From Paecilomyces variotii (taxonomy: Eukaryota), in NCBI GenBank assembly GCA_004022145.1, contig RCNU01000014.1: a stretch of DNA of 64,000 nt, one strand, 5' to 3'. Shown piece by piece: positions 1 through 13,823 of the stretch. A program made the translations under genes and the position numbers. Position 1 is the first letter of the stretch, and each line of letters opens with the position of its first letter. Under the pieces are notes generated by a model. That model worked only from the letters and a program-made list of their open reading frames with translations, had not been told where the DNA came from and did not search any database.

Positions 1-74
1 ATGAAAAAAACAAGAATACAAGTCCATATCCCCCGTAAGCGCCGTAATGTGCCATGAGCTATGAGTTATGAGCT

Positions 75-2360
75 TCACGGCTCATGGCCATGATGCCCAG
101 ACTCGGATAATGCATAGTATCGCTGCGGCCCCTCGGCGGGGAGAGCCCATCGTCGCCAGTGCCACCACGGCCGTCCATCACTGCCATCGCGCGCCTTGCG
201 CTCCATCTCCTCCAGCGACTCCTCCGATCCATCCCGCAGCCGCGTCAATCGATGCCGTCGATGAAACCGCCGGAGAAACACAAAGGCCACTCCCAGCCCG
301 ACGACAACGCCCAGAGAAAGCAAGACCCAAGAGTCCGCCAGAGAGGCCAAGACCTCGCCGCTGTCTTGGCCCTCCTTGTCGTCGCTGCTGGAGCTGGATC
401 CTTGTCTCCAATCTGAATCAACCTGCTCCTCTGCCTCCCCCGGATCTCCTCCGCTCACCGTTTCCCCAGACTCCTCCGGACTCGAGGGCGAAACAGACCC
501 CTCGGGTTCAGCCTCCAGCGGACTGATCGGGGGCGGAATGATAGCCCCCGCCCCTTCCTCTCCAGGGTATCCAAAGGCGGCCGCATTGTCGCACGCCGTG
601 TCGGCGCAGTAGCTGCTCAGTTCGGGCGACGGAACGAAGGTGTACTTCGTGCCAGATCGTCGCAACACCTTGCCCTCTGCGTCGAGCGCCTCCACATAGC
701 ACCATCGATGATAGTCGGGATGAGCATAGGACGTTTCAAATCCGTTCTTGTCGACCATGGCCAGCACCTGGAACGGTCCCTCCTGCAGGTCCGATCCGTA
801 GAACTTCCAGGTCTTGACGCGGGTCGCACCATTCCAGCTCACATAAAAGCTGGTCTGGTTGTTCCCGGGAGTCGCTTTCGAGTAAGCCCACAGCGCCGGT
901 TCATCGGTGGGGTCTGCATCCCACTGGTACTTCAATGCACGATAATTCATCGTCCATTCCTTGGCGATATAGCCCCAGAGAAGGAGCTCGCCATTCTCAC
1001 TGTGTTCCGACACAAACGGATTGTTACCCCAGCCCTGGAACACGTTCTTATTGGGCAGCACCTGCGTGTTACCCTGGCTGGAACTAATCATCTGGTTACC
1101 TGGCGGTCCATACTCCCGGATCAGAGTAGCCGTCTTTTCCACATGGTCAATGGCAATGATCATGCCGGACGAATAATCGTTCGTCTGGTTGAAGCCGTTG
1201 TACCCGTTGTTGTAGAGGGACAACACGGTATGCGTCGAATTCTCCTCGAGCCAGCGCGCATCATGTTGCTGCGAGAAGTCGAAGTTGACGCTCTTGAAGG
1301 ACGGATTGGCGCCGTGCAACCGCCAGATCACCTTGCCGTCCTTTCCAGAGATCTTATAGATGCATGACGTGTGACGCGAGGAGATCAGGTAATCCCCATC
1401 CTCGTTCTTGTCGATCGAGTTGATATGGAAATAATCCCAGGGCGAGTGCGGCTCCAATCCCGTCCCTGACGTGTCCGTCGCGGCTGGATAGGTATAACTC
1501 CAGGTCGGGTCAACATGGTCCAGTGACCTCCACTCGAAAATCACCTCGCTCGTTTCGACGTCCACTTCCTGGAAAATGCTTTCCATGATCCATCCTACGC
1601 CAGTTCGGATGTTCCACGCGCTCATGTCCCATTGACGCTGCTGGTAGATCGTCATCAGCGCCGTCTTTCCGTTGTTGATCACTTTGAACTCGTGCATGTC
1701 ACTCGACGACATGCCGCCGCCTGCCTGCACGGATCGCACGATCCGGTACCGGTTATCCATGATGATGCCATGTCCTCTGCAATAGCCCTTCTGCTGGTTT
1801 CCCTGGAAGAAACATAGGTGATCGCTGCCTTTGTACTTGCACACGTGCATTCCATGGGCATTTCCCGGTCCGGACGAACCCCAGCCGCTCCATACTAGGT
1901 TCTACGTCATGAAGTCAGTATATTCAAACATCGACCAGTATTCAACGATGGGAGTCTCGTACACCCTGGTTGTCGTAGATATACGGGCCGGGGTTATCTG
2001 CTTCGTAGGGAGTGACGAAGATGTATCCAGGGCTCAGCCGTTCTTGGACACTTAACTCTAACGTCAGGATGGGAGGATACAGGTCCGGCCTCTGCAAGTC
2101 ATCAAGTCAGCATATCCTTTCTTTTTTCCCCTTCATCTTTCCTGCTCAAAACGTCTGTCGCGCATCGGCGCTAAAGCGGACTGGATTGGATTGGACTGGA
2201 CTGGGCTCAACCGTACCGACTTAAAGAGTGAAATCGGATTTGTAACATTATCGACAGCAGCGACTCGATTCAAAAATAGGAAAAGAATTACTAGAAAAGA
2301 GAATGAAAGTCGGGAGGCTGTCCAAGCAACGGAATCCCTTCCGCTGATAGTCACGCCCAT
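75..2360 (-). CDS. Arylsulfotransferase (ASST)-domain protein with N-terminal hydrophobic leader and C-terminal TM anchor; 3 exons (2360-2217, 2091-1963, 1901-75)
   Basis: ORF 75..1850 has ASST-type motifs DMHEF, WDYFHINSIDK, YLISSRH, FSQQHDAR and SQGNTQVLPN. GT-AG splicing restores the N-terminus MGVTISG...LFKS|RPDLYPP...|NLVWSGWG. Hydrophobic TM segment WVLLSLGVVVGLGVAFVFL. Confidence 0.88.
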
Positions 2361-4850
2361 GGAGCCTCGAGCATAACTCCGAAGAGCTCTAAACTCCGCG
2401 TCTGAGAAATGATGGTTCAACAAGGAACAAGCAAGAAAAGGGAGAAAAGAAGAAGACGGTCAGATCCAGGGAACAAAACAAAAAATATGGTCAAAAATGA
2501 AGGATCAAGGGATAAGAGTTATTCGCAGATCCCGATCAAAGTGTACTCCAGAAGTGCGTGGCCGAGGACTGGCTGGACTCTAGAGAGTACGAGCTTTTTC
2601 CCCTACCTCTTTCATTTCATGTTGGATCAGACTGGATGAGCGGCCCACGCCTGACGGGTGACGAGGCCCAGAGGGGTGGTTCTTTGCTGCTTTAGGTGGG
2701 CAACGCAGCTACCATACTAACTAAGCTCCTGACTTGACGTTTAGACGCCGTTTCGAGCGGCTAGACTTCCTCTGGGAACAAGGGAAAAAGCAGAGATCAA
2801 ACATCAAAAGAGTCCCGCTGTCCACTGCCAGATGAACGCTGGTTCCGGGGTCAGTCCAGTCGTGGTAATTTGGAACGATCTGTCTTATCTGCTTTGATAG
2901 ATAACTTTTTCCCCAAGCCACTCGGACTGCGTATGCGATGATGGCGACGGATGGCTGGATGGCCACGCAGGCATTCGATTACCGGGGCGGTACATCGATA
3001 CGACACAGCGTATTCATGATTACAGGGAGACGCCACCGTGTTGATACGGAGTAGTCTAGTGAGTTAAGGTCTGTTCGCCCACGGGCTCCAGCGAGGGTCC
3101 ACGCAAGCTTTTTAGCCAGACCGGTGATCGGCGCCTCTGCCGTCTTGTTCAGACTTTAAACCTGCCGATGTTGGAAGTTGTATACCATTTATTATTCTCA
3201 AAGACCCTCGACAGTGGCAAGGAACCGCGATCGAGGAGGAACGCATCTAGAAGTAAATAGTACTACTAGTTACTGCGTACGTATTTCATAATCTGCAAAG
3301 GTATTCGCAGGCGATCCGATCTCTCCTAGAGTAGGTTAAAATATAGTTAGCGGCATTATTATTATTCTGGAACGTCCACTCATCAGGTATGTATGTAAAT
3401 CATCCAGTATTAACTATCCTTTTGTGCCAGTAGTAAATTGACTTTCGTTGTGTCTCTCTCTCCCTATCAAGTACTATTAGTAGTGTCATTAATATTGGTG
3501 ATTCTACCATACCTCCCATGCAACTTCTCTTGATACTCGTCCAAAACACCCGAACAACCCAAGCATTCTTGATGACGAAAGCATCCGCAACGCCACGCAG
3601 TCATCATGTAGAGCATTGCATGCAAGGCGTTTTTTGACAGGAGAGAGTACTCAGTACCATGATGATACTCTAGTGTAAGGGTTAACTTAGTCAACGGAAG
3701 TACATACATACGTACGCACGTCAGACGAACTCAGGGCTGGAATTGAAATTCAATACCATATGGTACACAGGCCCAGCGGTAGACTATCTAAGGTTAATTT
3801 CAGTCCGCAAATAGTAAATTCTAGAGATACATAGATCGATAGATTGACATGACAGGTAGATAGGTAGATACGGATAGATAGACGAAACTTGGATGTGTCG
3901 CGCGACTCGGGGATTCTCGAAGACTGTTCGCTTTCTTGGCGAGCGCTCTGCCAAGACACTAACGATGTTAGAGTGGGCGGTTTTGTTTCCTTTGCCCCCT
4001 CCACATTTTATTATTGACTCCAGTACAGTAGAACTAGTTAGATGGTAATTTATCCGTATTGGTGATTAGATATCTATCTGTACCAGTCTGTAATTTATTA
4101 AGTTGGGGATTGCAATCAATCAGGAGAGCGGTCCGTGGTACGGAGGTCCGGTCGGAGGTCCGAACTATCTACCAATCTACGGAGTAACTTAACGTATGTA
4201 TGTATGTATGTATGTACAACAAACTGAGGTCTGCTGGATGGATAGACAGATCGGCTGTTTGTAGTTAGTAATTAATAATTACTAACCGAGAGAGAACTTA
4301 GACTATGCAACCATGTAGAGGATGGGAATCGATTTCAAGGAAATTTTGTAACTATGTAGTATGGTAAAAGGACGTCGATCAGATACAGTCCTACCCCGCA
4401 CAGAAGAATGCATTTGCACTGGACTCTGCGTGAAACATGACGGAATCAAATGGAGCTCATATACACAAGGAAATGTAAATTTCTTGATGCTTACTACAAA
4501 AATAGAAACTATCTTGAATACATCGAATTTGTACCTGTCTACGTAGAGACAACCAAGTAGAACCGCCCATAAAGAAAAAAGAAAAGAGAGTAAATCCCTA
4601 AACGCCCCGAGGATAGATGCGCCCATCCCATGAACCATACCGGCACAGCCCTTCTGTCCCCCTAATTTTAAAAACCGACAAGAAATTATTATGCATCTCC
4701 CGCATAGCTGGAAGCTGCGCGACGTGAAGCCGTCCGAAGTAGCGAGTCGCATATCTCCAAACGAACGAATTTGCGGACCAATCAAGAGGCGCCTGCGCAT
4801 CATTGGTGTACAGTGCAGTACTGATTAAGAAATTCCAGGGAAAACGCGGT

Positions 4851-5900
4851 TTAAGCACGGAAGAAGCGCTTGTAGGCAAAGGCCACCGCGGCCCCGGCAG
4901 CCAGAACAGCAGTTCCGTTGACAACAGCCTGCAGGGCGGCGTTCATCATCTGTCGGCGGTTGCGGGTGCGGCATCGGGTGTAGAAGTTGCTCATGTCGTT
5001 TCCACGAGGGAAGGGAGTGTCCGGCACTTCCTCCCCGAGGAACTCGCAGAGCGGGCCCCATCCGTCGTTGATGTTGTACTCCAGCAGTCTCTCGGGAGGC
5101 ACCAGGCTGCGCACTTCAGCGACGTGGTCCAGGTAAACCTGCTTGCCCTTGTTGGGGAAGTCACCCCGGAAGAAGGTTTCGAAAAACTTGGTCAGCATGG
5201 GATAGTACATGCTAGCCGCCCAGCTGATGTGCGAGGCGAACCGGTGCTCAGGATCAGTGGCTCTCCAGTAGACAGTCTTCATCACAGATCTGTGTACCCA
5301 TATGTCAGTATCTAGATATAGTAAACAAGATACCTTGGGGAGATCAACATACGCATGCCACGAGTCCACATCTCTGGTAGTCAGAATAACCTTAGCATTG
5401 GGGTAGGCCTCGATGAGTTCCTTTGCAAAGGCGCAAGCAGGCCAGTCACAGACCGCCTAGAAATTGTATTCGTTAGCCAAAGACGCTCTTTGTTTGTGTA
5501 TATTATTTATGGCATTGAATTACCTGGCAGTCACCAAGCAGCTGGTCCCATTCCTTTCTGCCAAACTCGCCCACTCCATCGTACTTGGCGGCCAAAGCAT
5601 CATGCCACATCAAGCAGTCCGGAGGGTTCTCAACACTGGCGCACATCATGTGGTAGGTGTTGACATATCCGAGCCTCTGCAGCGCCTGACGCAGCGCTGG
5701 TTCTTCGAGTCAGTATACGGATCAACCTGTCTACCCCGCAGATCCAAGTACATACAAGCAGTGCCAGTTCGTCCAACACCAAGGCCCAGGACCTTCATGG
5801 GCACCGTTCGATGGCACTTGCGCCGGTCGATACAAGTGTCATCTGTAAAGATGTCGGTCCATGGCTGGGGAGAGAGGTTGTCCGCGTGGATCAGAGACAT
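4851..5900 (-). CDS. P-loop sulfotransferase-family protein (often annotated NAD-dependent epimerase/dehydratase), multi-exon, C-terminal hydrophobic tail
   Basis: N-terminal MKVLGLGVGRTGTA P-loop. C-terminal VPPERLLEYNINDGWGPLCEFLGEEVPDTPFPRGND motif typical of this fungal family. Several GT-AG introns between the ORF pieces. Confidence 0.8.
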
Positions 5901-7753
5901 AGTGGACGCCGGGGATTTTAGGATCAGAATGCAATTGAATCACTAACTGCGAACGAGAGGATGCAGAACAGGAAAAGGGAAGAGCAACGAGAGACTGGAT
6001 CTCGATTGTTAAATGGGAGAAGATGAAAGAGAGCTCTGGTTTAAAGAGTTCAAGCGAAGCAGCAGCTTCCTGGCAGGAAATAAATGAATACACCTTGGGT
6101 ACGGATAACAGCTGTATCGTAACGAGATACCCGCGTTACGTAGCATCTGTCCCCGGCGACCACAAGGTGGCAACGGCGCCTATCCTTTCCATTTTCCAAT
6201 AATAATACAATGATGAGGAACCCTTTTCTCGATCATAGCGGGGCCCATCCACTGCAGTAAAACAGATTGCGGCTTGGCATCGACGACGTCACGGAAGTGA
6301 TACTCAGGAGTCAGGGGAGCCCCTTTGAGCGAGTGTAAACGGCTGGATGCACAAGAATTCAGGAGGCTAGCCAGGCCGGTGGTAACAATTGGTAACAATC
6401 AATAATAATAATGGTGAGTTAGTTACCAGCCTACCAGCCTGCCAGCATCGAAAAACTCCCTGTGTGGCCCTGAAAAGATCCATCCATACCATAACCATAA
6501 TAGCAGATTTGCCCAGTGCAAGCCTACCATAGATTGATAGCGGGCCGCGCGCATGGCGACGTACTCCCGTACGGTCGTGTACCATAGATACGGAATAATA
6601 AGCACCGTACGTGGCACTGTGGCAGGGCCCCATCAAGCCGCGTATGCACATTGAAGATAGACATCCCAGCGCAGAACGGGCGTCGTCGATCGAGCTCGCT
6701 TGGCGGTGGGCCGTCGCCTCATTGGCCAGCGCTGCGCGGAACGTGGACTTTAGCGTGAAACGGGCAGCGTTGTCGCTTTTTTTCCCTGAATCTCCATCCC
6801 ATCCCCTGGATCTCCATGATGAATCCATACCATACTGTATCATTTCTTTTTTCTTTCGCCGGCACCGCAATGGATCCAGTGGACGGGAGAGCCAAACTCT
6901 CTCCAGCAGGCCGAGCCCTCCTGATAATGCGATCGGACCCTTCGTTTCACCGTGTTAAAAAAGGGCCATCTCCTCGGGCGAAATATGGGGAAGTAGACGA
7001 GTTGCCCATGCTAGTGGCAGAGAGCCTATTCGTCCCTTGATTGAGCATGATTAGTAAGAGCGTCCATCACGTGGTCAGTAGTGCTGCCATCTATCGAGCC
7101 TCAATAGATCGAAATATCAGCAAAGAAAGCGTTTTCTCACGGCCAGAGAACAAGCTAAGGGGCGCATTTAACAATCCGAATCCATCTCACAGAGGATGTT
7201 ATCCTCATCTTATATATCTGCTTGGGTGCCAAGAAGCCAGCGCCCATCCTTCCTCACACGGCCATGAGCTCAACGGCAACCAGGATCACATCATCGCGGG
7301 CACTTCCATTTTGGTGAAAGACTTGCCCACCACAGTCGGACGGCCACCAATGCCATGCAACTGCGTTGTCTGATCAAGCTGTTCATCTTAAATTGAGCTT
7401 ATTTCGACCCTGGCTTGCAGCTCTTTGCAGGAATGGTTTTCCGCGCCAGCTTGTCAATCATATTTTCGAGTTCCATGCCAAGAGCCATCTCCCTGGTACC
7501 TGCGCCCGTTGATCTGACAAAGGCACCAAATAGCTGCGGCGCTCAAGGGGACTTCAAAAGCCAAGGCTAAAGGAGAAGACATGATCCCGAAAGAGAAAAG
7601 CATCGAATATATGCAGTGGTGCTCGAATACACTTATAGTGATATCATAATAACGGCAATAATCCTCCAACTCCAGAAAATGGGATATCCACAAAATGCAT
7701 AAGAACTAGCAAGACGCCCGGTGGTGCAGAAAGCTCCCAACCTCTACCTGACT

Positions 7754-8469
7754 TCACTCCAACTTATCCAAGTGCTCGAGCCTGGTTAACACGACTTGCT
7801 TGCTTGTCTCTTCAATTTCGCCAGCAAGGAAGACTTCGTCAAGAATAGCATAGACCTGCTCAATAGCACCATTAGCATCGTGCAATTATCCCCACCAACT
7901 TGCTCCCTCCATCCCGCCAGACACGACAAGCGTACCTTGTAGAAGTTGAAGACTAAATCCAGCTCGCACACGTTTCCAAAGAACTGATCGAGCACCTCCA
8001 CGAAGAAATGTATCGCCTCAAGATATGCCAGCTCGTTGTCGTTTGCATCGACGCATACACAAAAGAACAGACCCGCATACCGCCGATAAACAATCTTTGT
8101 GCTGCGCTTGAACTCCACGAAGTTGGACTGGTATTTCTGGTCTCTAGGTGCGACGAGGCGATGGACCTGGAAAATGGTCAATATCGTCCGACTGACGTCG
8201 AAGTAATCTAGGAAGGATGCGGATGGTGGTTTCGGACCTCGCCTTTCAGTTTCACTTTCTCTTCATCCTATACCTGAGAGTCAGTACTCGCCCATCACCA
8301 TCATCGGGAGTCTCGTAGTCGACTTACTGTGTAAGACGCATACCACTTCGCCAGGCGCGTCTTGCCTCTGTGTCGCTCAACGATTAGCAATGTCCCGGAA
8401 CGGGGAACTGTCAGGGGTCCCAACTGCGACTCACTGGCGGTTCTGTATCAGAATAAAAGAGAGCACCAT
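7754..8469 (-). CDS. aps2: AP-2 adaptor complex subunit sigma, multi-exon
   Basis: Spliced product [21 protein letters not shown]...[77 protein letters not shown]...LEHLDKLE. Confidence 0.95.
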
Positions 8470-9063
8470 CCCGCCCGAATAGATCCTACGGGATCCGCGA
8501 AGATCCCGGATTTGGTGGGTCTTTTAAAGAAAAAGCAGAGATCGCGATAGCTCTTGAAGCTTCGCTGGTTCTTGCACTCCGCAACGCTTCGGAGAGATCA
8601 TGGCCAGATCCGATATTGCCGCGTCTCACCGCCTCGCATGTGATCCGACCGCTTATGGTATTAGTCCACCGGGTTAACTATGTAGTTAACTCTTGATGAA
8701 GATACACATGATCTTTCTTTGACTGATGAATTCTGGTAAATAGTTGAGGCCTGGTACTCCGCTGGAATGCTTTCAGATGCTTTGTAAACGTCATGCTAGC
8801 GATTATTATACATTAGAAAAGAGAGACATTATCAACATAACCATCGCCGATGAATCCAACATATGTACTAACATATGTACGTGCCCTCAGAGAGGTGCTC
8901 TGAGAAGCGTCAATTTTTCCAAAAAAAACAAAATATTATATAGACCCGAAATTAGTCCGCCGCTCAATCGATTGCCAGCTGATAAGACCGTGTATCGAGA
9001 GGAAGCTCGAACCAGAAAATATGCAAGCCCGAGACGTACAGCTCGTCCAGCCAATGGCTAATT

Positions 9064-9793
9064 TCAGGCGCCCTTTCTACCAAAAAGTCTGTGTCGCAGC
9101 TTTTCTTTTGGAAGCGGAGGCACTGGCTGTTGAAATTGGTCAGTCGCTCGGTTTCCCCTCATACTTCATTCAGTGAACACAACTCACCGGTACTTTCTCC
9201 TCTCGCGGCTCCCGTCTGAAAATGCTCCCAGCTGTACGGGGCCTAGAAATCATGGATGCGGCCGTACGAGGTCTGCTATCAATTGAGGCTGCCTCCTCCT
9301 CCCCCTCCTCTTCTTCCTCCTCTTCGGTTTCCTCGTCCTCGTCAAAGGCTCGGTCAGGATCGCCGTTGTAGACGACCCACCAGCCGATTTTCTCATTCTC
9401 TGCGTATTTGGCCCTAAGCTCTTCTAGCGCTTGCGAGCTTTCTTCTGACAGTTCAGAGCCTAGTTTAAGGATCTCCTCAACATTTCTGCTCAATCCATTC
9501 TCTGGCATCGTCTTGTCCGGTAACGTGATCACTTTGTCTGCAACATACGCGTACGGTTGACTAACGCCTTCGAGGTCATCGGGGTCGTATTGTTCTATGA
9601 AATGAATTTCGGGTATCCTGGCCATAATGTCCGGTTCTATTCTTTGGAATGTCTTGAGAAGCTCGCGGGATGTGACTGGTTGTTGAAGGTACTCTGCGGC
9701 CGCTTCCTCGACATTGTGAAGGACAATAAAAACTCGGATTCCCATAAAGCCATCGCGGGGCCAGCGAAAGCCGTGGAGTATGTAGACGGGCAT
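9064..9793 (-). CDS. flbE: Developmental (conidiation) regulator FlbE; 2 exons
   Basis: N-terminus MPVYILHGFRWPR..GIRVFIVLHN, FIEQYDPDD...SQPYAYVAD, IGWWVVYNGDPDR and an acidic tract match Aspergillus FlbE as I recall it. An intron from GTGAGT at 9187 gives the tail PVPPLPKEKLRHRLFGRKGA*. Confidence 0.85.
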
Positions 9794-10238
9794 TTTGTAG
9801 AGCGCTCGAAAGGGTAGTAGTGTGTCGTGCAAGCTAGGATGAAGTATTGCTGCTCCGCTGTGCTCGTTGAGAATAGGAGGGCTATAACCGCTCCGATTGA
9901 CGCCTCAGGTCAGTCAATTCGTGATGCTCGCTGACTGGGCCTGTTTGGCTGTGGGTATGGAACAATTGCTCTGCTGCTCGTGTGTAGCTGAATCTCTGCG
10001 GCCCCATGGGGATGCTCTACGCACGGTGGTTACTCGGAGCTCAGCTGTGATTAGCACGAACCATCACGTGATTGATATCCACAAATCAGTGTTCGGTATG
10101 AGATAAGATCGTATTGTACGCAACTTCATATTCAGATCCTACCACTCTGCAAGTTCTGCATGCGTACTGGGTTCATCATAGTTCAATTGCATCTATTGCC
10201 TATCAGATATAGAATAATCCTGGCAGTTTTCTTTTAAA

Positions 10239-11238
10239 TCATGACGTTTCGCCGTACGTCTTCTTCCAGTTGGCATCGAATGACGCTTGATCCACAGCGA
10301 ACTCCCTGATATAATCTCTCTCCAGATCATGAGTTCTCTTCCCCAGAAGGACCAAGCTGTGCAATGGTCTCCCCAGGTCAACCTCGGTTAATTCCTTCAG
10401 AGTGCCTGCGGCCAGCTTCTGGTCTGCTGCGCCTACTCTTGCACAGCCCACTGCGAGGCTGTCTGGCCCATATACACCCTCCTTCCGCTCTTCCTCGACT
10501 TCAAGCATCTGGGAAGCGCACTGCGCTACAGTCATATAACGGGGCGGCTGGAAAACCTTTCGCCCCCTAGCCATATCCTCCAAGGATTGTTCCTTGACCT
10601 TGATGTCCAACAGCACCAACGTGTGTAGGCCAATCTGCACGTTCTCCTTAATCCTGTCGTAGAACGATGATGGTTTCCATGTTTCCGTGAAGAACACCAT
10701 GCTCACTGTTTGTCCGAAATTGTAAAGCTGAAGGCCAGTGCAGCCAATTCCCGACATGATGGACGCATTAGGAACGGTCTTGGTCTGGATACCAATTTCG
10801 CGGGCACGGAGGACAAGGTCTGTATGGGTTGTGGCGCTTCCGATCAATTAGTTTCCAAAATTTTCAGATCACTAGAAATCCCACATACCCGAATGGATCT
10901 CCGACGACAAGGAATGCAACATCTACCTTGTCGGCTCCTTCAAGGATCTCATCGCTACCAGATTCGACCAACTCTCGGTCGGCTACAATGACAGGGCGTC
11001 CATAGAAAGCTTCCTACTAGTGAGTCCCAGCCTTGATTAGTACGATGAACTACTATTTCTTTCTCAATGATTGAGGGCTTCAAATGTCTGGGAAATCACT
11101 CACTAGCTTTTCTTTATCGACTAGAAGAATACTAGTGTAGGCTTCAAGGTACACCCTCTCGGCTTTCTTGACGATCTCCAGTCCCTTGACTGTAATATCA
11201 GTCTCATCAGCGAGACCAAGACCAACGAGATAAAGCAT
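10239..11238 (-). CDS. dph5: Diphthine methyl ester synthase, 3 exons
   Basis: [21 protein letters not shown]...; [48 protein letters not shown]. Confidence 0.96.
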
Positions 11239-11502
11239 GTTGACTGTATTTCAATTTGCAAGTATATGGCGGGGTAACCTGCGAGATAGATAATTTGAAG
11301 TTTTAGATATGCGGCGGGGATCGGCAGTGGAGAAACAGAATATCCGACCAGCTGACCAGGGCGCGCTCCCTTTCCGCATTCACATCTAACATCTAACCTC
11401 CAGAACGCGCTCGTTGTTCTGGCTAATGTCAACTTTTCTTATCTACCAAGAAGAACTGTCTGGAGACTTTCTCAGGATTATCGCTTAGCCCTCGTTATCA
11501 CC

Positions 11503-13341
11503 ATGGCGGAACGTTCTCCGAAATACCGCCAGGAGATTCAACAGGTAAGCTCTCCTTACTCACCGTCCTCATATAGATCTCGTCGTCTTCTTGCGCGTCC
11601 CTGGGTTCAAGGTCCTCCTGGCATCAGTATGCTCTCTGAAAGATGAGTGTGGCTTGTTGTCTCCGAGCAGAAACATCCTGGCTTCTATATTCAAGCAGTT
11701 TCTTCTAGCGCGGAGCTATTTCCGTTTTGATGTCTCTGATAACACATCTTATATCCGAATGCTGTGAATGAATATTCGGAGTATCATTTATCCTCATGTT
11801 GTGTTCCTATATGGGATTATGGTTACAGTTCACGACTGTTTCATTCTGTTCTTGCTGTCTCATTTCTATTGTACAATGGATCCTACAAGTTCGCCTATCT
11901 TTGTGTTTCGTGCACTTGAGACATCCTCAGCCTCCCTCTTGTTTGTCCTATCTCCTTTCAGTCATGGCTTTTACTAGCCTGCCTCTTTATTATGATCTCA
12001 GGCACCCTCTTCCTTTTCTGCGCCTGGAGACCGTTCCAAGTGCGCAGGGACCTACAGCAATACTGGTTGTTGCGGAAGACTGCCATCACTGGTCCACTAT
12101 TGAGAATACAGTTCATGAGCAAGACATTACGGACATTACCAGCTCTATAGGCTCTTCTCAAGAAACAGTGGAAGCTGCATCAGTTGAAGAGAGCGCCTGG
12201 GACCAGGACGAGGACCTAGAATCCCCAGAAAACGCAGAAGATGCAGAGACAATGAGAGACTTCGAGGCTCGACTTACTGACGCCATCAAACAGATGATGT
12301 TTGTCTCCGGCGAGACAGCAGAACCGTCCATAGAAACAACCACCCTCATTGAAGACATAGTGCGTCAGCAGGTCATCGAAATGGTTAGTACCCTGTCTCA
12401 TCTTCACCTACAATAACATTCGAATATCTCCGCTGACTTGGACATAGCTTTCTCGCAGTACTGCTCTAGCTACTCGCCGTGGTGTCCGCTCGATCTCCAC
12501 CGATGATCTCATCTTCTTGATCCGTCACGACAAGGCTAAAGTCTCTCGTCTGAAGACCTTCCTTTCCTGGAAGGATGTGCGCAAGAACGTGAAGGACTCC
12601 GATGACAAAGGAGGTGCCGACGCTGCTGACTTTGCTGGTGCCGATGATCCCCTTGCCGGAGCTGGGGTCGCTGGTCCTCAGGATGTCGCGGCGAAACCCA
12701 AAAACAAACGCGCTAAAGTCGGCTTGCCCTGGGATGTCAATAGCTTCTATTCCGTTCAGGTTCCGGAGAGAGATGATGAGGAAGATGAAGAGGAGGAGGA
12801 GCAGAACTATGCTACGCTCCAGCGTCTCGCCACTGCCGATGAAAGGACTAAGAATATGACCAAAGAAGAATATGTCTTCTGGTCCGACTGCCGTCAGGCT
12901 TCGTTCACTTTCCGCAAGGGAAAGCGCTTCAGGGAGTGGGCTGGCTTCGGTATTGTCACTGAATCGAAGCCTAACGACGACATCGTCGATATTCTCGGCT
13001 TCCTCACCTTCGAAATCGTACAGACTTTGACCGAAGAAGCGCTGAAGGTGAAGGAACGCGAGGACCGCGAAAAGAAAGGCCGCGGAGGTGCCGAAAATGG
13101 TGGCGAGAACAAAAAGCGCAAGCGTGAGACTGGCCTGTTTGATCCGCCAGAGGAAGGACGTACGCCTATTGAACCGAAACATATCCGCGAGGCGTATCGC
13201 AAATTGCAGGCAACCCCGAACAGAGCCGTTGCGCTGCTGCTTCACAACGGACGTGCGCCATCACGTACCCCGATAAGGCTGGTAAGAAAAATCCTTTCCC
13301 GATTTGCAGGGTTCCAGTGCTGATGTGCTATCTAGATCTAA
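11503..13341 (+). CDS. spt3: SAGA complex subunit Spt3; exon 1 11503-11544, long 749-nt intron 1, further exons from 12294
   Basis: [26 protein letters not shown]...; [67 protein letters not shown]. The terminal micro-exon is ATC TAA. Confidence 0.95.
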
Positions 13342-13823
13342 ATTCAGCAGAGAGCGCTGCTGTCTTATTTTACATCTCTACGTAGAGACAGCTTAGGCTG
13401 GGTCCCTCGATATTTCTCGAGTATCTCTCTCGACTTTGTGCCATTTTTGAGGAGTTTAGGGTGAATATGGATCAACGTGATACCTTCGGGAAGCGAACTT
13501 CAATCGGCTAGGTTTAGCAATATTTCAATTACAGCAGGTGGGAATCAATGCTTCTTGAGGAGTTCCAGCGCGCGGAAGGGCACACATTGGAGTAACGGCT
13601 ACAAACGATTTTATGGGTTTCTTTTCTGAGAATGTCATTCCATTATGTATTTGTATCAATGATACAGACTGGTGTTTTCCAGACAAGCAGTTATTCAAAT
13701 TCCGTTGAGATCTGCACCTAGCTTCTCGAACGAATCATTTATATTGTACAGGATATCGTAACCATTTGATATGACGTCATTATCATATCACGTCTCAGTA
13801 AACACGTTACTGCTCAGAGTAAC

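Noticed and set aside
2400-4800. Short ORFs and (TATG)n repeat in the intergenic region
   Set aside because: No protein motifs or codon bias; consistent with promoter/terminator DNA.
11600-11750. Definite H/ACA or C/D snoRNA call in the spt3 intron
   Set aside because: A hairpin and a terminal ACA are present, but there is no clean ANANNA box or C/D pair. Kept only as a hypothesis.
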